A stretch of 32,000 nucleotides of DNA. Source: Desulfobulbus propionicus DSM 2032. GTDB lineage: Bacteria; Desulfobacterota; Desulfobulbia; Desulfobulbales; Desulfobulbaceae. Location of the stretch: assembly GCF_000186885.1 (NCBI RefSeq), contig NC_014972.1, positions 3,330,001-3,362,000 on the forward strand, in the 5' to 3' direction. Shown piece after piece: positions 19,444-26,569 of the stretch; positions within the stretch are counted from its first letter, which is position 1, and each line of letters begins with the position of its first letter. Position numbers and translations under genes: made by a program. The notes beneath the pieces were generated by a model that searched no databases, was not told the DNA's origin, and was given only the letters and a program-made list of their open reading frames with translations.

Positions 19444-20292
19444 ATGGCTGTGCACAACACATCCGAACCCTTGCTGCCGGTGGACGACCCGGTCGCCCTG
19501 ATCCGCTCCCGAATCAAGGAAAAACGCATCTTCGAAGCCCGTTTCCTGTGCAGGCAACTGGTGGACGAAATGGGGCCGGAGGAAAAAACCGCCCTGGAAC
19601 GGGAGCTCAACGGCATGCTGACCCAGGTGGGTCACCTTCGGCAACAGGCGAGAAGCTTCCTGGACGAAGGCCGGCATGATCGCGCCGTGGCCCTGTACAA
19701 CGAAATGGAAACGATCGCCATTGATGTGCCAGGCGTGGCTGAGGAAAAAAGGGCACTGGCGGAAACTGAAGCGCTGGCCGCCAAGATCGGCGCCAAGGGC
19801 ACGGTGTCGAACCCCCCGCCCCCAACCGCCGGTCCCGCCGTTGAGGAGGACACGACAACGGAAGCGCCTGGGCCCATCAATGAACCCGAACCGGTTCCTC
19901 TCGAGCAACCGGCAGCTTCACAACGGCGCTGGCCGTCTTCACGCATTGTTCTGCCGGTTGCCGCGGTGATTCTGTTGATCCTCTTGGCCTTGCTGTGGAG
20001 AGCGTGGACAGACCAGAACAGTTCTCCGCCCGCACCTCCACCCACGGCGCAGCAGATTCGGATTCAGCCGCTGGCCGAGCCTGTCGATGCTCCGACGCCT
20101 CCACAGGACTCTTCTCCCCCCCTTCCGGAGGGCAGCGAGCAGGTACCTGCGACTGACGAACCAGCCCCAGCGGAACCGGCCAATCCTCCTCCGCCCGACC
20201 AAGAACCGACAGTCAGCCCCGCCGACGATACCGCTGTTCCGCCCTCGCTGCACCTGGGCACCTTGCAGGTGGCGCCATCCGGGGACAAATAA
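19444..20292 (+). CDS. Bitopic membrane protein with a helical N-terminal domain and a proline-rich C-terminal tail; hypothetical
   Basis: I place the start at ATG 19444 (MAVHNTSEP), preceded by GGGGGGAGA. There is a single TM segment, IVLPVAAVILLILLALLW. The C-terminal ~100 aa are P/A/E/Q-rich (PPAPPPTAQQ...PAEPANPPPPDQEP). Confidence 0.6.
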   Translation: MAVHNTSEPLLPVDDPVALIRSRIKEKRIFEARFLCRQLVDEMGPEEKTALERELNGMLTQVGHLRQQARSFLDEGRHDRAVALYNEMETIAIDVPGVAEEKRALAETEALAAKIGAKGTVSNPPPPTAGPAVEEDTTTEAPGPINEPEPVPLEQPAASQRRWPSSRIVLPVAAVILLILLALLWRAWTDQNSSPPAPPPTAQQIRIQPLAEPVDAPTPPQDSSPPLPEGSEQVPATDEPAPAEPANPPPPDQEPTVSPADDTAVPPSLHLGTLQVAPSGDK

Positions 20293-20309
20293 AGTCTGTC
20301 GCCCTCTAT

Positions 20310-20753
20310 CTACAGCTCCGGCAACCTGCCGCTGGCCTTAAAGGCGAAATAGTCGCGCAGGATGCGCGCATGATCAAAGGCCAGCTCCGGCAATTCGGCT
20401 TCAACAAACACCCCGGCCCGCCGGGCATCGTCGGCCGCTACCGGCTGACCGCTGGCAGTGGCGATGAACACCGTGGAGGCGGTGTGCTGGCGGGCATCCC
20501 GTTTCGGATCGGAATAGGTGTGCAGCTGCCGCTGCAACGTCACCGTCAGCCCGGTTTCCTCGGCGGCCTCCCGCCGGGCGGCATCCTCGAAGGACTCGCC
20601 GTAATCGACGAACCCCCCGGGCAGGGCCCAGCCGTGGGGAGGGTTTTTCCGCTCGATGAGCACGATGCCGCCCTCGGTTTCAATGATGATGTCCACCGTG
20701 GGGGCAGGGTTTCTGTAGACGTGCAGCGGTGCGCCGCAGGAGGGGCATTGCAT
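20310..20753 (-). CDS. NUDIX hydrolase
   Basis: I place the start at ATG 20753 ([12 protein letters not shown]). The Nudix box is [24 protein letters not shown] (GX5EX7REUXEEXGU). It sits 20 nt downstream of the HAD gene. Confidence 0.85.
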   Translation of the reverse strand: MQCPSCGAPLHVYRNPAPTVDIIIETEGGIVLIERKNPPHGWALPGGFVDYGESFEDAARREAAEETGLTVTLQRQLHTYSDPKRDARQHTASTVFIATASGQPVAADDARRAGVFVEAELPELAFDHARILRDYFAFKASGRLPEL

Positions 20754-20773
20754 GGCGAATTTTCCGGAGAAGA

Positions 20774-21352
20774 TTAGAGGCACAAGCCGCGGATCTCGTC
20801 CCAGTTGCGCACCGAGGGCAGACTGTGGCGGTCGCGGTTCCAGGGCTGGGCGAAAACGATCGAGCGAATCCCCACGCGATTGAGCTGCACACAAGTTTCC
20901 GCCCGATCATCGACAAAGGCCGTCAGCCCCAGTGCTTTGATGTGGCGGGCCTTGTCATCGTGATCCCCCATGGCCACCACCCGGATCTGCGCCCAGACCC
21001 GGGCGGGAAAAACGGTGTGCAGCCAGTGGTGCACCGGTTCCGCCGCCGAGCGGGCGGTGACGATGGTGACCGGTGCGTGGCGGCTCAACTCGCCGAGCAC
21101 CCCGACCGCTCCAGGCATGGGCAGCAAGCCGCATCCCACCGAATCATGAAGAATCTGCAGAAAAATCGACTCGGCAATGGTTTCATCCATGTCCAGACAG
21201 TGCTCCACCGCGAAGTGGGTAATGTCCTCGGGACGGATGCCGCACAGCCCATGCTGTTCGCAGGCGATGCGGATGAAAGCCTCGACCGTGTCGGCGATGA
21301 CCCCATCGAAATCAAAACCGATCTCGGCGGGGTGAATCTTGGTGCCGCGCAT
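20774..21352 (-). CDS. HAD-superfamily hydrolase, possibly a 5'(3')-nucleotidase (NT5C-like); subfamily uncertain
   Basis: HAD motif I is [11 protein letters not shown] and motif IV is AFVDDR. The C-terminal segment FAQPWNRD is reminiscent of NT5C-type nucleotidases. This is recognised from memory and not verified. Confidence 0.7.
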   Translation of the reverse strand: MRGTKIHPAEIGFDFDGVIADTVEAFIRIACEQHGLCGIRPEDITHFAVEHCLDMDETIAESIFLQILHDSVGCGLLPMPGAVGVLGELSRHAPVTIVTARSAAEPVHHWLHTVFPARVWAQIRVVAMGDHDDKARHIKALGLTAFVDDRAETCVQLNRVGIRSIVFAQPWNRDRHSLPSVRNWDEIRGLCL

Positions 21353-21360
21353 GAGGACGG

Positions 21361-22218
21361 TTATTTTTCGACCTTGGCGTCCTCGATGATCACATCGTAC
21401 TTGTAGCCCGCGCCAAAATCACGCTCGCTGGCCAGGGTTCCCTCGACGGTGACCACACTGTCCTCGCCGGGGTCCTCCATGGTGGTGACCACCAGGTCAT
21501 GCTGGTTTTTCAGCGGATTGCCGGTGCCGTCCTGAATGTGCAGCCAATTCTTGCCCATGATCATGCGCGAGATTTTCATCACCTTACCACGAACACGCAC
21601 GGTTTTGCCGTGCAGTTCCTTGCCTTGCTCGAAACACTCGCCCACCGAAAAACTATTCGGACCGGTGGCCTTGTTGACGTTGACATGCGCGGACGGAACC
21701 ACGGCGCCGGCGCTGCCGGTCGAGGGCCCCAGATCCCCCGCGCCCGCGTCGCCACCCTGCCCGCCCTGAGCGCCACGGCCCTCGGCCTGGAGGGCCGCGT
21801 CAAAACCCGTTCCCTTGGCATCGGTCTTGGCATCGGCAGCGGGTTGTCCTCCTTCCTGGGCCTCCTTCTCCAAACCGGGCGAGAAGACGATGGCCTCAAA
21901 AGAGCGGTTCAGGGTCTTGGAGGTAAAATTGTGCATGGTCATGCCCGGCTTGCAGTTGACGGTCTGGCCGGTTTTGACGGAGGTCTCGGGAATGGCCACC
22001 CATATTTTTCCCTGGGCCGCATCGACCTGCAGGTAGGTGTAGCCATTGCTGTTCATGGTTTCCAGCACCTTGCCCTGCAGCGCGACTCCGTCCAGCGAGC
22101 TGCTGGCAGCGGGCGGGGCGGACGGAGAGGCCGGTTTCTCTTCGGCGAGGGCGGCCGCCGGAGCGATCAGGGTCAATGAGAGGGCGGTGGAAACCAGGAC
22201 TTTACGTAATGCAAACAT
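21361..22218 (-). CDS. Secreted two-domain protein (N-terminal beta-rich domain, Gly/Ala-rich linker, C-terminal OB-fold-like domain); hypothetical
   Basis: Signal peptide MFALRKVLVSTALSLTLIAPAAALA. GGAGA lies 7 nt upstream of the ATG. Domain 1 is GKVLETMNSNGYTYLQVDAAQGKIWVAIPE...; domain 2 is GKTVRVRGKVMKISRMIMGKNWLHIQDGTG...DFGAGYKYDVIIEDAKV. There is an 8-nt gap to the HAD gene. Confidence 0.7.
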   Translation of the reverse strand: MFALRKVLVSTALSLTLIAPAAALAEEKPASPSAPPAASSSLDGVALQGKVLETMNSNGYTYLQVDAAQGKIWVAIPETSVKTGQTVNCKPGMTMHNFTSKTLNRSFEAIVFSPGLEKEAQEGGQPAADAKTDAKGTGFDAALQAEGRGAQGGQGGDAGAGDLGPSTGSAGAVVPSAHVNVNKATGPNSFSVGECFEQGKELHGKTVRVRGKVMKISRMIMGKNWLHIQDGTGNPLKNQHDLVVTTMEDPGEDSVVTVEGTLASERDFGAGYKYDVIIEDAKVEK

Positions 22219-22263
22219 GGACGAATCTCCAATTGAGAAGGCAGGATGTGAACGGTCTGTCGA

Positions 22264-22301
22264 CCAGGATCAAGGGGCGGAGCCAGCCGCGCCGATCCTG
22301 G
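22264..22301 (-). promoter_or_regulatory. Stem-loop in the predicted 5' leader of the secreted-protein/HAD/NUDIX operon
   Basis: Perfect 8-bp inverted repeat, CCAGGATC (22264-22271) and GATCCTGG (22294-22301), with a 22-nt GC-rich loop. It lies between the predicted promoter (22314-22342) and the ATG at 22218. Confidence 0.3.
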
Positions 22302-22313
22302 CGTCAAGAGGTT

Positions 22314-22342
22314 GTAATAAGAATTGAGCGGACCGCTGTCAA
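22314..22342 (-). promoter_or_regulatory. Putative sigma70-type promoter: TTGACA, 17 nt spacer, TATTAC
   Basis: Read on the minus strand. The -35 hexamer TTGACA is at 22342-22337 and overlaps the SGNH stop codon. The -10 hexamer TATTAC is at 22319-22314. Confidence 0.4.
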
Positions 22343-22878
22343 CCGAGGGATGCATCGGGGAACAGTTCACCCAGACAACGGCTGATGGCTCCGGCCCAGA
22401 CCTGATAGCCCCGGGTGCTGAGGTGAACCTGGTCGTTGAGAAAGCCGGGGTGGGTGATGGGCAAGCATTGTTCCCGAAACGGTGCGACCACATCGAGGAA
22501 GATGCAGTTGTCCGTGGCCGCCGCTGCTTGCGCCAGTTCCCGATTGACCTGCTCGAGCTCGTGGGCCGCCACGATCGGCATGGGCATCAAGGAACAGAGG
22601 ATGATGGGCGCGTTGGGATAGCACAGTCGCAGCCGTTGGAGCATGGTGGTGAGAATGGCCGGAAACACCATGTAGCCCATCAAGAGATTGTTGGTGCCCG
22701 ACTGAACGAGAACTGCATCCGGTTCCGGGCAGGCCTCGATTTCATCCATCAGGCGGCTGGACAGCTCTTCGGTCATTTCACCGGCAATGCCTCGGTTGAT
22801 CACGGCGACCTCGGGCAGATGTTTGCCCCAATCCCCCCACTCCACCAGGGAATCGCCGAGCATCAGGAGTTTAATCAT
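22339..22878 (-). CDS. SGNH/GDSL-family hydrolase (esterase/lipase-like)
   Basis: I place the start at ATG 22878 (MIKLLMLGDSLVEWG). The track ORF extension overlaps glgX. Block I is LGDS, block II is NRGIAG, block III is SGTNN and block V is DQVHLS (DxxH). The start is only 4 nt after the glgX stop, with GAGG inside the glgX 3' end, which suggests translational coupling. Confidence 0.8.
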   Translation of the reverse strand: MIKLLMLGDSLVEWGDWGKHLPEVAVINRGIAGEMTEELSSRLMDEIEACPEPDAVLVQSGTNNLLMGYMVFPAILTTMLQRLRLCYPNAPIILCSLMPMPIVAAHELEQVNRELAQAAAATDNCIFLDVVAPFREQCLPITHPGFLNDQVHLSTRGYQVWAGAISRCLGELFPDASLG

Positions 22879-22882
22879 TGTC

Positions 22883-24970
22883 TTACCTCGCTGGTTGCGA
22901 CTGCAGGACCACGCAGCCCATGTTGGCCACAGAAACGGTTTGGCCGCACTGTACCGTATCCGCACACTCCAGGTCAACGATGTCCAGCGGCCCGGGGCGA
23001 CCGGTATCGACGATCCGCCGCCAGGTTCTGCCGCGGGTGGGAGCGGGCACGGTAAAGGCGGCCGCAGCAGCAGGCTGACCGTTGAGCATGACGAAGAAGT
23101 CATCGTCCTCGGGGGCCAGTACGCAGCCGTTGAGGAGAAAGGCCAGGGTCCGGCATTCATGGGACCAGTCCTGTTCCCCTGGATGCAGGCTTTGCCACAG
23201 GATTTCCAGCGAGCAGGCGTCGTCGTCCGGCCCATAGTTGCCGAACTGGAAAAAATCCTCGCGGCGAAAAATGTGATGGCCCTTGCGCAACTGGATCAGC
23301 TTGCGGAAAAACCGCAATTGTCGTCGATTCTTTTCAGCCAGGGACCAATCGATCCAGCCAATGGCATTGTCCTGGCACCAGGCGTTGTTGTTGCCCTGCT
23401 GGCTGCGGCCGAACTCGTCGCCGGCCACCAGCATCGGCACCCCCTGGGAAAGGAGAAGGATGACCGCCATGGTGCGCAGCCGACGGGAACGCAGGCCGTG
23501 GACTGTCCTGTTTGTGGTTGGCCCTTCGACGCCACTGTTCCAGCTGAGGTTGTGGTTGTCGCCGTCGCGGTTATCCTCGCCGTTGACCAGATTGTGCTTT
23601 TCGTTGTAGCTGACCAAGTCGGCCAGGGTGAAGCCGTCGTGGCTGGTGATGAAATTGATCGAGTTGCAGGGGCGGCGGTTATGGCGCTGGTAGAGATCCG
23701 AGCTGCCGGCGATGCGGGTGGCCAGCGCCGGCACCATGCCGCCATGGCCGCACATAAAGGCGCGGACGTCGTCACGGAAGCGGCCATTCCATTCGGCCCA
23801 CCGGTGGTGAGGGGAAAAGCTGCCCACCTGGTAAAGACCGGCCGCGTCCCAGGCTTCGGCGATGATCTTGGTGTGGGCCAGCACCGGGTCCTCGGCGATC
23901 ATCTCCACCATGGGCGGGTTGGGCAGCACCTGGCCGGTCGGATCCCGGCCGAGAATGGAGGCCAGATCGAAACGGAAGCCGTCGACATGCATGTCGATCA
24001 CCCACCAACGCAGGGCGTCCATGATCAGGTTGCGGACTATGGGATGGTTGCAGTTGCAGGTGTTGCCGCAGCCGGAAAAGTTGAGATAGGCGCGGGTCCA
24101 GGGGTCGAGCAGATAATAGATAGTGTTGTCGATGCCGCGAAAGCTGGTGGTCGGGCCGTCGCTGCCGCCCTCGGCGGTGTGGTTGTAGACGATGTCGAGA
24201 ATGACCTCGATGCCCGCTCGGTGCAAGGCCTTGACCATGTCGCGGAATTCGCTCAGCGGCGCCTCCAGGTCACTGCTGTAGCCGCATTTGGGGGCAAAAA
24301 AGGAGAGCGGGCTGTAACCCCAAAAATTTTTCAGCCGCTCGCCGGTCCAGGGGTTGGTGAAGGTGGTTTCATTCTCGTTGAACTCGGTGACCGGCATCAG
24401 TTCCACCGCCGTGACGCCTAGCCGTTTGAGGTAGCTGATCTTTTCGCTGACCCCTTTGAACGTGCCCGGATGGCCCACCTTGGCCGAGGGATGGCGGGTG
24501 AAGCCGCGCACATGGAGCTCATAGATGATGGAATCGCGCAACGGGATGTTGAGCGGTCGGTCGCCCTCCCAATCGTAGGGCCGCGAATCGAGCAGACAGC
24601 AGGGTTCGGTCCCGAGGCAGGTGCGGGGTCGGCCCCAATCCGGCGAATGGATCTCCTTGGCATAGGGATCAAGGAGAATGCGTCGGGCGTCGAAGGCGTG
24701 CCCCGAACCCTGCGGGTCGTAGGGGCCTTGAAGACGGTAGCCGTAGCGCAGGTCCAGCGGCGCGTCACACAGCAAGATATGCCAGATATCGCCGGTTTTG
24801 TGAATGGCGGGATCCAGGGGCACATCGACCCATGCCTGTCGTTGCTGATCGTCGGCGACCACCAGGGTGACGGCTTCGGCATGGCGGGAAAAGAGGGCAA
24901 AATTGATTCCCTGGGGGGTGACGCTGCTCCCGAGTGGCAGCGGGGAGCCGGCTTTCACTGTAAAAAGCAT
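22883..24970 (-). CDS. glgX: Glycogen debranching enzyme (isoamylase-type, GH13)
   Basis: I prefer ATG 24970 (MLFTVKAGSPLPLGSSV) because the 13 upstream codons start at TTG and are AT-rich promoter-like sequence. GH13 regions are DIVYNHT, GFRFDLAS, EAWD and FITSHDGFTL, with the N-terminal E-set domain (GINFALFSRHAEAVTL). Confidence 0.9.
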   Translation of the reverse strand: MLFTVKAGSPLPLGSSVTPQGINFALFSRHAEAVTLVVADDQQRQAWVDVPLDPAIHKTGDIWHILLCDAPLDLRYGYRLQGPYDPQGSGHAFDARRILLDPYAKEIHSPDWGRPRTCLGTEPCCLLDSRPYDWEGDRPLNIPLRDSIIYELHVRGFTRHPSAKVGHPGTFKGVSEKISYLKRLGVTAVELMPVTEFNENETTFTNPWTGERLKNFWGYSPLSFFAPKCGYSSDLEAPLSEFRDMVKALHRAGIEVILDIVYNHTAEGGSDGPTTSFRGIDNTIYYLLDPWTRAYLNFSGCGNTCNCNHPIVRNLIMDALRWWVIDMHVDGFRFDLASILGRDPTGQVLPNPPMVEMIAEDPVLAHTKIIAEAWDAAGLYQVGSFSPHHRWAEWNGRFRDDVRAFMCGHGGMVPALATRIAGSSDLYQRHNRRPCNSINFITSHDGFTLADLVSYNEKHNLVNGEDNRDGDNHNLSWNSGVEGPTTNRTVHGLRSRRLRTMAVILLLSQGVPMLVAGDEFGRSQQGNNNAWCQDNAIGWIDWSLAEKNRRQLRFFRKLIQLRKGHHIFRREDFFQFGNYGPDDDACSLEILWQSLHPGEQDWSHECRTLAFLLNGCVLAPEDDDFFVMLNGQPAAAAAFTVPAPTRGRTWRRIVDTGRPGPLDIVDLECADTVQCGQTVSVANMGCVVLQSQPAR

Positions 24971-24977
24971 TTCCACC

Positions 24978-25005
24978 TTGAATGAATAATTATTATCATT
25001 ATAAT
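24978..25005 (+). promoter_or_regulatory. Putative sigma70-type promoter: TTGAAT, 16 nt spacer, TATAAT
   Basis: Perfect -10 hexamer at 25000-25005 and a 4/6 -35 hexamer at 24978-24983, in the AT-rich divergent region about 70 nt upstream of the DUF1566 gene ATG. Confidence 0.4.
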
Positions 25006-25075
25006 GCAATCAGGGTTCAAGACGAATCCATCATACTTGCTTCTCATCCTTTTTCAAACCACAGCGGAGGATCGT

Positions 25076-26008
25076 ATGGGTCTATTCAGCAAATTAATGA
25101 TCACCGGCATTCCGGCCATCGACTGGGAAATGACCCCAGAATACACCTTTGGCACCTTTGAGAGTTGGGGCGGGAAGGAACGGGTGCGAAGCAAAAAGGA
25201 ACGCATCTACTACTTTTTTATCGATGCCTGGGACGAGGAGCCCAAACTCTGCCTGATGGAACGCGGCATCAAACATGCCCGCGTGGTCGCGGAAATTCTC
25301 GCGCCGCCGGAAATGGTCCGGCAATGCGTCAGGGAGCAAGGCAAGGTGGCCCTGTTCGAGCGGACCCATCCGATCAACGAGCAGTTGAAGACGTGGTTGC
25401 TGGCCAACGTGGTCGACACCGATGACGAATCCAAGATCATTCCACTGGAAGAGCCGCAAGGAGCGGACATGGGTGCAACCGGACTTCCTTTGCGGGAAGC
25501 GGTGACGGCTCCCAGCACCATCCATCTTCCGGACACACCGGCGGAAATGAGCGAGGAGGAGGTGGCGGCCATGGTGGCGCGTTACAGTTTTGCCGATCAG
25601 GAGCGTAACCCAAGCGGAGGGTTTGCCCATATCCTGGTCGACAACAACGATGGCTTGACCGTGACCGACTTGACCACCGGCTTGATGTGGCAACGCGGTG
25701 GTCTGGATATCATGAGCCACCGGTCCATACGCCGGGAAGTGGCCCGCCTCAATGCTGAGAGGTTTGCCGGCTACAGCGATTGGCGGCTACCGACCATGGC
25801 CGAGGCCCTGTCACTGCTCGAACCGGAGAAGCTGGCCAATAACCAGTATGTGCACCGGTGTTTTTCCAGTGAACAGCCGTTCGTGTTTGTCGATGCCACC
25901 AGAAAACCGGGCGGGCAATGGTTTGTCGATTTCAAACAGGGCCGGGCCTTTTGGTCGTCGGGAACCATTCCCGGCGGTTTCGGCCGCCTGTGCCGCCGGG
26001 AAAAATAA
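25076..26008 (+). CDS. Signal-less protein with an unrecognised N-terminal domain and a C-terminal DUF1566 (Lcl C-terminal-like) domain
   Basis: I place the start at ATG 25076 (MGLFSKLMITG), with GGAGG 5 nt upstream. The C-terminal segment VTDLTTGLMWQRGG...FAGYSDWRLPTMAEALSLL matches the DUF1566 pattern (TGLMWQ...DWRLPT..EL..L). No signal peptide or TM segment is visible. Confidence 0.75.
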   Translation: MGLFSKLMITGIPAIDWEMTPEYTFGTFESWGGKERVRSKKERIYYFFIDAWDEEPKLCLMERGIKHARVVAEILAPPEMVRQCVREQGKVALFERTHPINEQLKTWLLANVVDTDDESKIIPLEEPQGADMGATGLPLREAVTAPSTIHLPDTPAEMSEEEVAAMVARYSFADQERNPSGGFAHILVDNNDGLTVTDLTTGLMWQRGGLDIMSHRSIRREVARLNAERFAGYSDWRLPTMAEALSLLEPEKLANNQYVHRCFSSEQPFVFVDATRKPGGQWFVDFKQGRAFWSSGTIPGGFGRLCRREK

Positions 26009-26103
26009 AAACAGCGAAAAAAAAGCTGTTGAATCACAAGGGGGTCCCTTGTAGGATGCGGGTGAAGACAACAAACCTTCCCTAAATCGAGAGTGGACAT
26101 TCC

Positions 26104-26475
26104 TTGAAGCGGATACTGGTGGTTGACGACGAGGCGCAAATTCGCACCATGCTCACCCAAATGCTGGAGCAGGAGGGGTATGCGGTGCAGACCGCCGAGA
26201 ACGGCGAGGAAGGGTTAGCCTTGGTCGCGCGAGAGGCCTTTGACTTGGTGATCACCGACATGATCATGCCGGTGAAAGACGGGCTTAAGTTTATCATGGA
26301 ACTTGTCCGCGACTATCCCACCCTGAAAATCCTGGCCATCTCCGGCGGTGGCGCCATCAAGGCGGAACGTTACCTGACCATGGCCGGTTATCTCGGCGAC
26401 ATCGCCACCTTGGAAAAACCCTTCAAACGGGATGTGTTGCTTGATTTGGTGAGAAAACAGATAGCGCCCGAATAG
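26104..26475 (+). CDS. Single-domain CheY-like response regulator (receiver only)
   Basis: The TTG start at 26104 is needed to include beta-1 (KRILVVDDE). The phospho-acceptor is in LVITDMIMP, followed by AISGGG and EKPF (conserved Lys). There is no output domain. Confidence 0.85.
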   Translation: MKRILVVDDEAQIRTMLTQMLEQEGYAVQTAENGEEGLALVAREAFDLVITDMIMPVKDGLKFIMELVRDYPTLKILAISGGGAIKAERYLTMAGYLGDIATLEKPFKRDVLLDLVRKQIAPE

Positions 26476-26494
26476 CGCGCCACGTGACTCGACG

Positions 26495-26538
26495 CCCAAC
26501 AAAAAAAGCCTGCAGCAATGCAGGCTTTTTTTGTTGGG
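26495..26538. terminator. Bidirectional rho-independent terminator between convergent genes
   Basis: Perfect 19-bp inverted repeat, CCCAACAAAAAAAGCCTGC (26495-26513) and GCAGGCTTTTTTTGTTGGG (26520-26538), with a 6-nt loop. The GC core stem is flanked by an A-run on one side and a T-run on the other, so each strand reads hairpin plus U-tract. Confidence 0.85.
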
Positions 26539-26569
26539 CCGGGTTTGCCCCAACGAACGGTGGGGGAAT

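Noticed and set aside
22787-24421. 544-aa ORF on the + strand
   Set aside because: It is antisense to glgX, which has the GH13 catalytic regions. It is a shadow ORF.
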